From assembly GCA_964016885.1 (NCBI GenBank), contig OZ024746.1, positions 25,854,001 through 25,918,000 on the forward strand: a stretch of DNA of 64,000 nucleotides, read 5' to 3'. Position numbers and translations under genes: made by a program. Below, piece by piece: positions 1-13,460 of this stretch. This DNA comes from Eledone cirrhosa. Its lineage: Eukaryota. Below the pieces are notes generated by a model. It was not told the origin of the DNA. It was given only the letters and a program-made list of their open reading frames with translations, and did no database searches. Positions within the stretch are counted from its first letter, which is position 1; each line of letters starts with the position of its first letter.

Positions 1-741
1 TATAATCAACTTCCCCATCTCTCCACAAATTGCTGGCCTTGTGCCTAAATTAGAAATTCTTATCGATAGTAATGTTTTAAAAGACAATGTCTCTATTTAT
101 TAGTATTTTTTTAAAATGTTATTTTCTTAAAAATATTTCTGTCTGGTTTTCTGAAACAAAACCACATATGTTAAAAGGTTTCTATTTAAATTAAAACCTT
201 CTAATATAATAATGTTTAATCATTTGTTAAGTTATGTTACAAATATTTTAATTAAACAATCAATAACTTTAGTAAATCCCTCTAAATTCTTCATTAATTA
301 ATTCAAATATGGTAATAAAAGGGTTAAAATGAGAAAAGAATTAATTTGTAATGAAAAACTTAAATTCTTCTACAATTTCTTCAACTATTGAAAGACTTTT
401 TACAATTGGGAAGATTAACTATGAAGCATGTTGTTTTATTGAAGAAACAGCATGCATGAAAGTTAGATAAAGAATTAATTTACAACAAAATGTTTTGATG
501 TAGATAAAATGTTACAAGAAAGTTATTGAGTTTATTTTAAAGATTTATCACAGTTGAGAAGTTTTTAAATTTTTTTGAAAGTGAAAGCCGGCATCAAGAA
601 GACACGATTTTCATGTTTTTTCAACAGAATTGTTACTGTTAAAAGACATGTCTCATGTTTTATTGATTAGGAACCAACAGCGAGACAATTCAATTTGTGA
701 TTAAATATAGATTATTTATTCCAAAGACTTCTCATTAAAGT

Positions 742-744
<3 letters not shown>

Positions 745-810
<66 letters not shown>
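745..810. repeat. (CA)n microsatellite
   Basis: Direct reading. Confidence 0.95.
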
Positions 811-811
<1 letters not shown>

Positions 812-1889
812 ATTACAACCAAGCTCATGGTATGTTAAATATATCTTTTCATTTTCAAACAAATTTATTTAGAAAAATTTCTTATGAATTAATTTCTATA
901 GAAAAAATTAAGATATCTGTGATGATAGATATTGAATCCAAAATTCCAAAGAATCAGAATTGTTGCTTTGATTATAGATTACATAGTAGCAATGACACTA
1001 AACTCCACCAGTTGCAGACTGCGCATCAACAGGTGATATTTTTCTTCACAAAGTTCGATTACCAATAGCAGAGTTTAAAGAGCAAAGATTAAGTCCAGTC
1101 CATAAGTTGACATTATCAAGCCATCGTTTTGGCTGTTGGCCTCTGCTTCTCTTACCAGCCAACCTTCCTTCCATAACCTACTCACACCTTTTTATATGAC
1201 CACATAGTTTGAGTACTCTTGACTTGACAATTGATGTAATTGGTCTACGTCTGGTAACGTCTGGTAATGTTGAGCAGATAGATTACATACTCTGTATTAA
1301 AACTATTACAACCATCACTGACAATTGAGCATGACTTGGTAGTATGTATCATGTTTTCACTAAGGGTTTTAGATGCCTATGCAGACACCCTCTTGGTTCT
1401 ACTTTCCTTTATCTAGTAGAAAATGTAGGATGTGACAGCTGGAAGATGATAGAGCTACACCAGCACAGGACCAAAACTTTCTTTATTAACCTCAAATGGA
1501 TGAGAGGTAAAGTTGACCTTTGTGATATTTGAACTTTGAACAAAGAGACACTGAAAAACTAATACTCTAAATACTCTGCTAAATTGACCATCTAATATTA
1601 TATTTTACATATTATCTGATATATTTAATATGTATATATTAATATATATTATGTGAAGGTGTATGGCTTATTGGTTAGAGGTTGTAGGCTTGATTCCTGG
1701 ACCGGGTGATGTGTTATGTCCTTGAGCAAGACACTTTATTTCACATTGCTCTTTCTGCTAGGACTTGCAACCGGTAGATAATATCTGCAATGGAAAGACC
1801 AATGGAAACATTCCTTGGTCCAATTTAATGAGTTCCACCCCACTCGATAAGCAAATGAGGTCTGAGATCTTGTCGATCATTCCCAATAT

Positions 1890-2240
1890 ATATCATTATC
1901 ATCACTTTTCATGCTGGCATGGGTTAGATGGGTTGTTATGGTTTAAGACTAGCTGGGTCAGAGAACATTGTCTTGTTTGTCTGTTCCATACTTGATATGG
2001 TTTCTACAGCTGGATGCCCTACCTAATACTAACCACCTTACAGAGTGTAATAGGTGTATTTTATCATGGCATCAGCACTAACACTTTACAGAATGTACTG
2101 GGTGTATTGTATATTGGCAGCACTTTACAGAGTTCACAGGGTATATTTTATTGTGGCACTAGCACTACTTCTTTACAGAGTGTACTGGGTATATTTTATC
2201 ATGATACCAATATTACCCCAATGCAGAGTGTAGTGTGCAT
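1890..2240 (-). mobile_element. RTE-tail SINE/RTE 3' fragment with internal ~48-bp tandem repeats
   Basis: Contains tttctacagctggatgccct, the reverse complement of the 3'UTR core of the RTE LINE at 9790-9820; repeated acagagtgtactgggt...atggcac units. Confidence 0.7.
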
Positions 2241-3649
2241 TAGTAAACTAAAATAATCTATATTTATCTGTGTATGGATCCACTTACAATGTTTATGTAC
2301 AATAAACATACATTTAGCCTTTGAGTGAGTATGTTAAGCTGTGGTCATATCACAGCTACTTCAGCATCATGGTATGGACCAGTAACTCCTGAGGGAGTTG
2401 TATGGATGCCATATTAACATATGATGTTTCTTAGGGCATTTTTAAACCTGGCAGATCCCATCACGTCTCCAGGTCTAAGTACATCAGATTTCTTCCTGAG
2501 AAGGATAGAGGGTGAGAGAAAGGAAGTGAGATAGAAATTATATTTAGAATTGATCCCAGTACTAGACTGGTACATTTTTTTTATTGACCTCGAATGGATG
2601 AAAGGCAAAGTTGACCTCAGTAGGTTTTGAATTGAGAGAGGAGAGAGCGGGAATGAATACCGCAAAGCACTTTATCCAACATTCTAATGACTATCAATTC
2701 ACCGCCTCCCAGCATCATAGTAAGAGTGGTTTAAACATGTGTTTCCCAGTTGTAACATGTCGTCATTACAATTATATCTTAAAGCTCCTCTCAATCATTT
2801 CATTCAGTATTTTATTAACTGAACTGCCTGCTTGTGAAATTAATATTAAATAATAATAATAATAATGAAATTATTGTGTACAGTGCTCAGGTGCACTACA
2901 ACAAGTGGCTGAATATTCCACAGACATGTGTATCCTTAACATAATTTTCAGAGAGATTCAATGTGACTCAATTTGAGGCAAGGTTTGTCATTTGAATTAC
3001 GTGTACAGTCTATCCAATGAACTTGGGTCGACTTGAGGCTATGATAAAATAACACTTGCGCAAAATACCAGGCAGTGGAATTGAACCTAGGACCTAATGA
3101 TTGCAGAACAAACTTCTTAATTATCCAGTTATGCTGTGTCTACTTACAACAGTAACCTTCCTTGATATTACACTTGACAAAAACTGAAAGTCCCAGGATG
3201 TGTTCAGGACCCTAAGCCTTACCATCTTGTGAACACACAAGACAACCTCCCTCCACCCCTCAGTGTCATCACACATTTCCAAAAGTAGCAGTGAAAAGAT
3301 TTAGGCCAGCTGCAGTCATGACTGACCATAGATTTGCTGCTGAAAAGTAGCACTCGATGGTGCAAGAAGCCTGGGCAAGGTGTTTTGTGGAAGTGCAGCT
3401 GTCAACCATGCATGCCAGCCTTTCCTCTCCACGACACCGATTTTATCTAATGGAAAGGCAAAGGCCGATACAGCTTGATACCAGTGACATCACAACTCAT
3501 TTTTTTTCCATCTGAGTGGACTGGAGCAACATAAGATAAAATGTCATGCTCAAGGTCACAACATGCTGCCTAGTCCAAGAATGAAACTCCCTTCTATATG
3601 ATGATTGTGAGTCCAATACTCTAACCATTACACTGCACACCTTCACATA

Positions 3650-4100
3650 TCAATATTTAACATCTATTCTCTATGCTGGCATGGGTTAGACGGATTGTCT
3701 CATTCCGAGGGTACACCAGTCAGGTGACCGCATCTAGCTCATATATTCCATTTTTGGCTTGAGTTTCTACAGCTGTATGCCCTTCCTAACACCAAGCATT
3801 TTAAAGCATATACTAGGACCATTTTATCATGGCACCAGCACTACTATTTTACAGAGTATGGTGGTGGTGCTTTTTGTTATGACAGCATCACTACAACTGT
3901 ACAAAGTAGGCAGGGTGTTGTTTGTTGTGACGGCAACACTACCACCTTACAGGGAAGACATGGTGCTTTTTATTGTGACCCCAGTTCTACCCCTTTACAG
4001 AGTGGACTGGGTGCATTATATTATGGCACCCAGTGCAACCACTTTACAAAGTGGACCAAGCACATTTTATCATGGCACCAGCTTTACCTCATTATAACAT
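3650..4100 (-). mobile_element. RTE-tail SINE/RTE 3' fragment with ~48-bp tandem repeats
   Basis: gcatgggttagacgg and ttctacagctgtatgcccttcctaacacc motifs; same repeat unit as 1890-2240. Confidence 0.7.
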
Positions 4101-5667
4101 TAGTGTGCTCAGTGTGTTCTTTGCCAGGTTGGGGAGTCAGTGATGGGAGTGGGTGTATAAGATGGGAGGGGGAAGGCAAGCTACATGCTATTTGTCTTGA
4201 GGTGGAGGATGGGGGAGGAGCAAGTGTCACATCATTGAGATTGCTGCCACAGTTAGAAGATAATATTCAGTATATAACCCTCTAGTGAAATTTGATGGAA
4301 TCTTTAGCTTTCCAAATCTATTGAAGTCTGAAGATTTCCTGAAGAAATTTGTTGCTGACTGTAGTATCTTGTTCTTTTCACATTGAAGTATTTCTTTCAT
4401 AGCCATGCCTTCTGATTATACCAATCCTTATCTAGGAATATATGACATCAATAAACTATGATTGCTTCTGCATGTCATCAATAAACCATGATTGCTTCTA
4501 AAGTGTTATAAATGTGTGATGGCTATGGGCTAGAGAAATCCAACAAAAAGGAGGAAAAAAATAAACATCTCTTTTTCTCTTTCCCTCCATCACTCACTCG
4601 CTTTTACTCCATACACTCTCTTCTCCTTCTTCACCGACTTCCTTTTCCCCACTCTCTCTCTCACTCTCATTTTCCCTCATTCTCCCTCCCTCTTCCACCC
4701 ACTCGCTCTCCTTGCCACACACTCCCTTCCCCACACTCTTTCTCACTCTAACACCCAACCCCCCCACTCTCTCACTCTGACACACTCTCACTCTCTCCTT
4801 TACTGAAATTCATTAATGAAAAACCTAATAAATATTTCACCGTCAGCAAAAGTAAACTCCACAATAACAAACTGACTGGAATAAATGGTCACCTTACAAT
4901 TATAATGCACACATACATATATGCACACATACATACATATATACATACATACACACACATACATACATACATGTACACATACATACATGTATACATACAT
5001 GTATACATACATACATGCATACACACACACACATACATACACACATACATACATAGACACATACATACATATGTATGTATATATATGTGTGTGTGCGTGT
5101 GTGTATGTATGTACATACATATATATATGTATGTACATACATACACATATATACATACACACACAAACACACACAGACACACACACACACACACACACAT
5201 ATATATGTATATATACATATATATATATATCATCATCATCATCATTGTTTAACGGCTGTTTTCCATGCTAGCGTAGATTGGATGGTTTTGCACATATATA
5301 TGTATTCTCTCCTATTGCTTTCACTGTTTGTTCTAGGCAATCTGGACAATTCCACAGACTTATGTCAATAAAACAACTTTATACCCAACCAAAGAGATTC
5401 AAGAGAGAGATTCAATTTAATTTCCTCACCTTTCTTTTGTGAAGACACATTTTATTACAGACAAATACTCCAAACTGTGAGCTTCTACTCTGCCTGTCTT
5501 TTAATTTGACACAAAATTCGGCAATCTAACCACACCTTGGCATAGCTATGATATTAAATCTCCTATAAAATAGACAGAATTTTAGTATAAATACAAGATT
5601 TTACCATAATATTCAGCTAATATAAACTGTGTAACACAACATAGTACTGATATAGATACTGTGTAAC

Positions 5668-5721
<54 letters not shown>

Positions 5722-5769
5722 ACCAATGGTAAGAAACTCTCAGGAGAGTTAACATATATATATATATAT

Positions 5770-6030
5770 AGTTATAGTTATACTTTGGAAGGGTCATAAT
5801 ACCAATAAAAACACATGCACTTGTTTGTTTTCACTTCAATTTATTACAAATTTTGAGTTGGTTTGTTTAATAACCAAATAGTTGTTTATTTATTTGGTGT
5901 AGGACAGAACAAAGAAGAGACACAAAATAACAAATTAGTCACTGAATGTGTGTCGAAAGAGCTTTAACAATAAATAAACAACTATCTGGTTATTAAACCA
6001 ACCAACTCAAAATTTGTAATAAATTGAATG
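5770..6030 (+). mobile_element. PLE pseudo-LTR fragment, inverted-repeat cassette with internally deleted hammerhead (5936-5970)
   Basis: Arms ~5836-5894 and 5969-6027 are reverse complements; tagtca-CTGA...gtc-GAAA-gagc-TT-taac; shares gttatactttggRagggtcat with 10716 and (reverse complement) 44661. Confidence 0.65.
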
Positions 6031-6415
6031 TAAAAACCTATTTTATGTTGTTGTGTTCTCTCTTATGCATATTTCCAGCAGCTTTTTCTAAGCCATCACG
6101 CAAACTGGGCTCAATATTATGCCATACCACCTTTAGGCACGAAATTGCATTGCCCATGTGGTAGCTGGAGAGGAAAATAGATGCTTTTGTTCATTTATCA
6201 TATGTATTTCATATTTTTCATGTGTAACATTGCCATTATACACACACACGCACACACACACACATATATATATGTATGTATATACACACACACACACATA
6301 TAGATATAGATATACATATATATATATATGTATACACACACATATATATATATACATATATATATAAGTATGTATGTATACGTACATACATATATGTATA
6401 CAGACGTACAGTAGC

Positions 6416-6453
<38 letters not shown>

Positions 6454-6805
6454 TACTGTATATATATATATATATATATACATACAGGCACACATATATA
6501 TATGTACGTATCAGTTTAGCGAATATTTATTATAACATTCGCTTTGTTCGTTTGTAAACAAACGGACAGCCTGATTTATACCGTACGGTGTTAAGGCAAC
6601 CACGTCACCTTTTTGTTCAACACTGACACAGGAACGATGTACTAGTTTCAAGCTTGTTAGCTATCGTCAGCACCGTATACCCTTCTGCCAGATGGTTGAA
6701 CGTTCGAAAGTATATACTTTCCTTATGAAAATTAACGGCTGAGCGTACTAAGTGCCGTACTAAGAGTGAGAAATGAAATTTCGTTTCATTCTATTCCAAC
6801 ATATA

Positions 6806-6901
<96 letters not shown>

Positions 6902-7279
6902 TTTCACCAGCATTTATTATAATCTCCATTATCTCCTTTCTCAGTGACAGCCATATATTGTGTATGTCAACTTTTCCTTTTTTTTAGCTTCTTTAAGGGA
7001 GAAATGTCAAACTCCTGACCTTTGCATGACCTCTGTATGACCCGCTGAAACAAGTAAAAGGATGGGAAAGAAGGGGAAGGAATTATGGTTTGCTGCTAAC
7101 ACCCACTTCAATCTCAGTTTGTAGTAGTGTCATGACACATTGTCTTGTGGTTAGGGTGTTGGATTCATGAGCTTAAGGTTGTGGGTTCAATTCCTGGATC
7201 AGACCGCATGTTGTGTTGAGTAACCCCTTCAACACACTGGTATATTGGGCAGAAGGGAGCCTTTATATGGTAGAACTAA

Positions 7280-7550
7280 GACCTCCAATGAGATTCAACC
7301 TTGAAAGCCAGCTAAACCTAGACAGATGTAAGCTGTAACAAGAAGAAGAAGATAAAACTGGAGCCCCTATCATTAAAACACCTTAAAAGACTCCTATGAT
7401 ATGCAACCTCATAGGTGGCCAGCTAAACTTGCATATAGATGTGAGCTGTAATGAAAACATGATAGGACTGGGGATACCTATCATTAAAACACCTAAACTC
7501 CAATGAGGCACAACCTTATAGCTGGCCAGGTAAACCTACTTAGCTGTAAC
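7280..7550. repeat. Degenerate tandem repeat, ~107-bp unit, ~2.5 copies
   Basis: Recurrent gccagctaaac...gctgtaa...cctatcattaaaacacct. Confidence 0.7.
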
Positions 7551-7756
7551 AACATATGTAGACAACCTGAACGTCAGTGACTACAAGGCTGGTCTACCAC
7601 TAAAGAGGGAAGAATCCTAAGATGTTATTCATTTAAGCATTATAAAGTTCTGTATTGGCAATGTGGCACTTTTAAATAGTGTTAAGAATCATCTGTAACA
7701 TCCAAGAGTTCATTCCATCTCACAGATATCTGATATCTGATATCATTGCTCTATAT

Positions 7757-8086
7757 CAGAGGTTCTCAAACTTTTTGGGCCACCCCACCCCCTCATAGCC
7801 ACATAATACCCTCAGCACCCCCCAACCATATTTCCAGAGAGACCTGCCTACACGCAAATTGTAAATAATATATATTAAATAAAATGGTTAATTTATATAT
7901 ATTATAAATAATATAATATATACTATGTATAAATAAATATTATATATTTTTTATTTTACTATATAATATGATATGTATCATTTGATATTTAATATACTAT
8001 AATATCATCTTTACCCCCCCCCCCCCCCACCCCGGACATTCTCAATGTCCCTCAGGAGGCAGTAGCACCCACTTTGAGAACCTCTG
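7757..8086. mobile_element. hAT (Charlie-like) MITE
   Basis: TIRs cagaggttctcaaa / tttgagaacctctg; perfect 8-bp TSD ctctatat (7749-7756, 8087-8094). Confidence 0.9.
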
Positions 8087-8134
8087 CTCTATATAAACTG
8101 ATATGTCATGTATACAGGCTCTATATTTATATAG

Positions 8135-8265
8135 ATCAAAATAAGGTGAAACAATTGTTCTCGGAAATGGTGAACTAACTGTTGTGTAACTACTTCTACC
8201 AAACTCGTCCCATGGACTGAGTGCTCTACTACTACGAATATAACCCTCCAGTGTTCTACTATTAT
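8135..8265 (+). mobile_element. TA-flanked cassette with 3' half of a hammerhead (GAAA-caattg-TT at 8148-8159)
   Basis: Same palindromic stem III (caattg) as complete motifs at 34875 and 40842; CUGANGA half absent. Confidence 0.4.
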
Positions 8266-8278
8266 ATAATATATATAT

Positions 8279-9547
8279 GAGAAGTACCTAGCTAAAGGTA
8301 AACCCCTCTACTTAGCTTTTGTCGACTTGGAGAAAGCCTTCGACAGAGTCCCCCGCTCCATTATCTGGTGGGCTCTTAGAAAACTAGGTGTTGATGAATG
8401 GCTTGTGAGGGCTATACAAGCCATGTATAAAGAAACAGTCAGCAAGGTTAGAATTAACAACGAATATAGTGAAGAGTTTAGCGTAAAAGTTGGCGTCCAT
8501 CAGGGCTCTGTTCTCAGCCCCCTACTATTTATTATTGCCCTTCAGGCTATAACAGAGGAGTTCAAGACAGGCTGCCCATGGGAACTCCTATACGCAGACG
8601 ACCTGACACTCATAGCGGAATCAATGGCCGAGCTAGAGAAGAAATTCCAAACATGGAAGCACGGCCTAGAGTCAAAAGGACTTAAAATTAACCTGGCTAA
8701 GACCAAAGTTCTAGTTTGTAGGAAAGAAAACAAGGCGGCGGTCCCTTCTGGGAAATGGTCGTGCTCGGTGTGTAGGAAAGGCGTAGGTAGAAACTCCATT
8801 TTATGTCCTAAATGCAAAGTATGGGTGCATAAAAGATGTAGTGGGATCACAGGTAAGCTAACTAAGAACATAGATTTTACATGTGGCCGGTGTTCTGGTG
8901 CAATAAGGAGCAGCAAGTGCCCACAAAATACTAGCTCTTTCAATTGCGCAGAGGGTTCTATAGAAATAGTGGACAGCTTCCGTTACCTGGGCGATAAAAT
9001 CAGCAGTGGGGGAGGGTGCTCTGAAAGTACTGTAGCTAGAGTCAGAACTGGTTGGAAAAAGTTCAGAGAGCTTATACCACTATTAGCTGCTAAAGGGTTC
9101 TCCCTAAAAATGAAAGGCAGGTTGTACGATGCCTGCATACGAACAGCAATGCTGCATGGCAGTGAGACCTGGGCATTGTGTGCAGAGGATATACGCAGAC
9201 TAGAGAGGAACGAAGCTTGCATGCTCCGCTGGATGTGTAACAGTAATATACGTGAACGGCAAAGCATAAACGAACTAAGGAAAAAATTAGAGATAAGAGG
9301 GATCAGATGTTGTTTACTCGAGAGAAGGCTACGTTGGTATGGACACGTGATGCGCATGAAAGTCGATAGCTGTATAACAAAGTGCAGGGCAATAAAGATA
9401 GACGGTAGTCACGGAATAGGCAGACCTAGAAAAACCTGGGACGAGCTGATAAACTCCGACATCACACACTTACACCTCTCCAAGACAATGTCACTGGACC
9501 GAGACCTTTGGCGGTACTCAGTAACAGAGAAGACCCGCCTTACCTAA
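8279..9547 (+). CDS. RTE LINE ORF2 C-terminal part: reverse transcriptase with Cys/His finger insert (no start codon)
   Basis: FVDLEKAFDRVP, GVHQGSVLSPLLF, LYADDL, FRYLGD, RLRWYGHV, GRPRKTW motifs in one open frame. Confidence 0.9.
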   Translation, partial: EKYLAKGKPLYLAFVDLEKAFDRVPRSIIWWALRKLGVDEWLVRAIQAMYKETVSKVRINNEYSEEFSVKVGVHQGSVLSPLLFIIALQAITEEFKTGCPWELLYADDLTLIAESMAELEKKFQTWKHGLESKGLKINLAKTKVLVCRKENKAAVPSGKWSCSVCRKGVGRNSILCPKCKVWVHKRCSGITGKLTKNIDFTCGRCSGAIRSSKCPQNTSSFNCAEGSIEIVDSFRYLGDKISSGGGCSESTVARVRTGWKKFRELIPLLAAKGFSLKMKGRLYDACIRTAMLHGSETWALCAEDIRRLERNEACMLRWMCNSNIRERQSINELRKKLEIRGIRCCLLERRLRWYGHVMRMKVDSCITKCRAIKIDGSHGIGRPRKTWDELINSDITHLHLSKTMSLDRDLWRYSVTEKTRLT

Positions 9548-9943
9548 ATATATAGTAAAACCTACTCCAGCCAGTAGGCATCTCTAACAAAATACACCCC
9601 GTCCCACCACCCCCACCCCCACCCCATCCACACCACCCCGTCCTATGTAAAGTTATGTTGGTGCCGCGCCATCGAGGCCGAAACAAATGAGATCGTGTAG
9701 GTGTCACGACAAAAAAACACACAGTCCACGCTGTAATGTGGCCGTGTAGGCAACACGGTAAAAACCTCCCAGACCCACACTGTAAATGTGGTTGGTGTTA
9801 GGAAGGGCATCCAACTGTAGAAAACCTGCCAGACAGTCCTATGCGAGCAAGACAATCACTCTTGCCTCAAGTGGGACTACCCCCGTCCAAACCCATGCAA
9901 GCGTGGAACACGAACGTTAAACGTTGATGATGATGATGATGAT
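8279..9943 (+). mobile_element. 5'-truncated RTE-clade LINE, family A, with (GAT)n tail
   Basis: RT ORF followed by 3'UTR and gatgatgat tail; 5' end abuts a TA tract. Confidence 0.95.
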
Positions 9944-10015
9944 AGCTTTTTCTAGATAGTTATATATACTGATATGAGCTATATTTTGATATCCTTGTTA
10001 TATATATATATATAC

Positions 10016-10354
10016 CATCATCATCATCATCATTTTATGTCCGCTTTTCCCTGCTTGCAAGGATGGGACAGGAACTGATTCTGGCTTGATTTCTACAGCT
10101 GGATGCCCTTCCTAACACCAACCTCATTTACAGTGAGTGCTGGGTGCTTTTTTGCCGTGGCACCTCCAAGACCACTTTGCAGTGGAATGATAGGGACCCC
10201 AGTCCCTATCATCTCATTTCTACAGCTGAGTAAACTGGACCAATGTGAAATAAAGTGTCTTGCTCAAGGACACAACACATCACCCGGTCTGAGAATTGAA
10301 CTCACAACCTTTCGATTACAAGGTCAATGCTCTAACCACTAAGCCATGTTCCTC
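10016..10354 (-). mobile_element. tRNA-derived SINE with RTE-derived 3' end
   Basis: Minus strand: A box tggcttagtgg, B-box-like gagttcaattc, central tgtccttgagcaagacact, RTE 3' core, (GAT)n tail. Confidence 0.85.
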
Positions 10355-10417
10355 CTTATATATATATGTATGTGTATATATCATCATCATCATCATCATC
10401 ATCATACGTCCGCTTTT

Positions 10418-10711
<294 letters not shown>

Positions 10712-10718
<7 letters not shown>

Positions 10719-11106
10719 ATACTTTGGGAGGGTCATGTTGCCAATAAGAAACACACGCACCAGTTGCTTTCACTTCAATTTATTATATATTTATAAATTT
10801 ATAAATTTACAAATCTACAAATTTATAAATTTCTGGTTGGTTGGTTGGTTCCACAACCAGATAGTTGTTTAGGACTATGACTATATATAAACAACTATCT
10901 GGTTGTGGAACCAACCAACCAACCAGAAATTTATAAATTTGTAGATTTGTAAATTTATAAATTTATAAATATATAATAAATTGAAGTGAAAGCAACTGGT
11001 GCGTGTGTTTCTTATTGGCAACATGACCCTCCCAAAGTATAACAATATCGGTTTCAACACACACACGATTTCAGATAAAGAATCTTGTTAAACAAATTCA
11101 GAAACG

Positions 11107-11110
<4 letters not shown>
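10712..11110 (+). mobile_element. PLE 3' end as a fold-back palindrome between (TA)n tracts
   Basis: ~160-bp arms 10712-10871 and 10888-11047 appear to be exact reverse complements; long arm continues to ~11110 and matches 44660-44740 downstream of a GIY-YIG fragment. Confidence 0.8.
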
Positions 11111-11179
<69 letters not shown>

Positions 11180-12560
11180 TATATGTATATATATATATAT
11201 ATATATATAAGTATATGTGATATACAGGCTTGTGTGTATTCTAATATGTAATATTAAACTTGTAAATCATAAGGCTAATGATAACGTTGATTTATCACAT
11301 CATTACAGATGTCTGCTGATATTACACTGAATTCACCGATCAAAGTTGATAAATGAGCTGTGTGTTTATTAAATAGAATTTGACATTTTCTTCAATGCAA
11401 ACATTGTTATTTACATATTGATATCATACATACTATATATATGGTTAAATCTATCAGTACTAACCAATATCTTATACTGATAAATATACATTATACATTA
11501 TACAAAGGTGCAGGCATGGCTATACGGTTATGGCATTTGCTTCAACACTACATGGTTTCTAGTTCAGTCCCACTGCATAGTACTTTGAGCAAGTGTCTTC
11601 TTCTATAGCCTTGTGTTGACCAATGTTTTGTGAGTAAAATTTGGTAGACAGAAAGTGTGTGGAAGCCTGTATGGATATGGTATTTGCTTCAACATCACAT
11701 GGTTTCAGGTTCAATCCCACTGAGTTAAATTTGGTAGATGGAAAGTGCATGGAAGCCTGTTATATATGTGTGGGTGTGCGCGTGTGTGTGTGTGTATGAG
11801 TGTGTATATGTGTGTGGTTATGCCAGTGTTTATGTTTTCCGTTTGTTGTTTATAAAAACAAAGATTGATAAAATAAGTGCTGGAGATGATACAGGTGACT
11901 AAATCTTGTTCAAGGTGGTGCCACAGCATGACCACAGTCTAAATAAAAGAACAAAAGAATAAATAATAGAATATGTTTAACAAATACCACCATTACTACA
12001 TTTGACATAAATTCAAAGTTTATTGCTACCACACCTAAACTAAACACATACATAAAAGTGACTCCATTATGAAGTCTTCATTTTATTTTTTCAACAAACA
12101 TTTATGATATTATGTCTCCTGTGAATATCTACTCCACATAGGTATTATTTACTTTTACAACATTCAAACAGAATTTAGATTGTCAATAGCAAAGTAAAGT
12201 CATAATTTCTAATTTTTCTTTTCAGTTTAACATCAAAGTTAATAACTCCATAAGATTTCAATCATCTGCACAGTAAATTGTTTTCCTTCTCTCTCTGATC
12301 AAACTTTGAATATATCATTTATCATTTATTATATTTTGGGATTCATATCTCCACCAAATCTATTGCTATTTTCACTTGTTGCTGCTTGCTGTGGTGATTG
12401 TTATACAATCAGTTCAAATATTACACACACACATACATATGCACATACATATATACATCCATATATACACACATGCATACATATACTCATACATACATAA
12501 GTATGCATGCATATGTCTATATGCTTACATATTTACATATACATGTACATACACACACAT

Positions 12561-12657
<97 letters not shown>

Positions 12658-12789
12658 GAAAGAGAGAGAGGGAGAGATATCACATTATTTATATTTCCAA
12701 GTTGCATATTTTGATAATATCAAGTTTTGATTTGTTTTACCTGAACAAATCAATAATCACACATTTTAGCAATATCAATATAACAGTGG

Positions 12790-13460
12790 ATTGACAGAGT
12801 CAGAGAGTGTCAGATCAAACAATACCTCAGTATTTCTTTCTGAGTTCAATTCCCACTGATGTCAACTTTGCCAGAGGCAATCAATAAAGTAACGATCCAG
12901 GGGCAGGGATTGTCTGAATTGTTAGATTGTTGGATTAAATACTTCAGTATTTGTTTCCAGCACTCTGGGTTCAATTCATACTGAAGTCAACTTTACCTTT
13001 CATCCTTTCAGGGTTGATAAATAAAGTAGCAGTCCAAGGGTAGTGGATTGGTGACATTATTAAAGCATCGGTAGAGGGTCGGACGCCATGCTTTGACGCA
13101 TAGAGTTATGGCTCTTGCCATTCTGAGTTCAAATCCCGTCGAGGTTAACTTTGCCTTTCATCCTTACGGGGTTCGATAAAATAGAGTACCAGTAATGCAC
13201 TGAGTAATTACTGGCCTTGTGCCTAAAGTAGAAACAATTATTAAAGCATCAAAGGGTGATGGATTGGCAGTATCAGTAGAGCGGTGGACACGTTTTGTGG
13301 TATAAAGTTGTGGCCCCTTATGTTCTAAGTTCAAATTCCACTGAGGTTAACTTTGCCTTTCATCTTTATGAGGTTGATAAAATAAAGTACCAGTAATGTA
13401 CTGGCATTGAATTAATTGACTATCACTTTTAATTCGATGTGTTCTGAGTTCAAATCCAAC
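12790..13460 (+). mobile_element. Head-to-tail array of ~4 SINE copies (Meta-domain-like core)
   Basis: Repeated ctgagttcaaatccc...aactttgcctttcatcc...gataaaataaagtaccagt. Confidence 0.8.

Noticed and set aside
902-1032. Possible host exon (ag...gt, open frame)
   Set aside because: No recognisable protein similarity or partner exons; cannot be supported without RNA data
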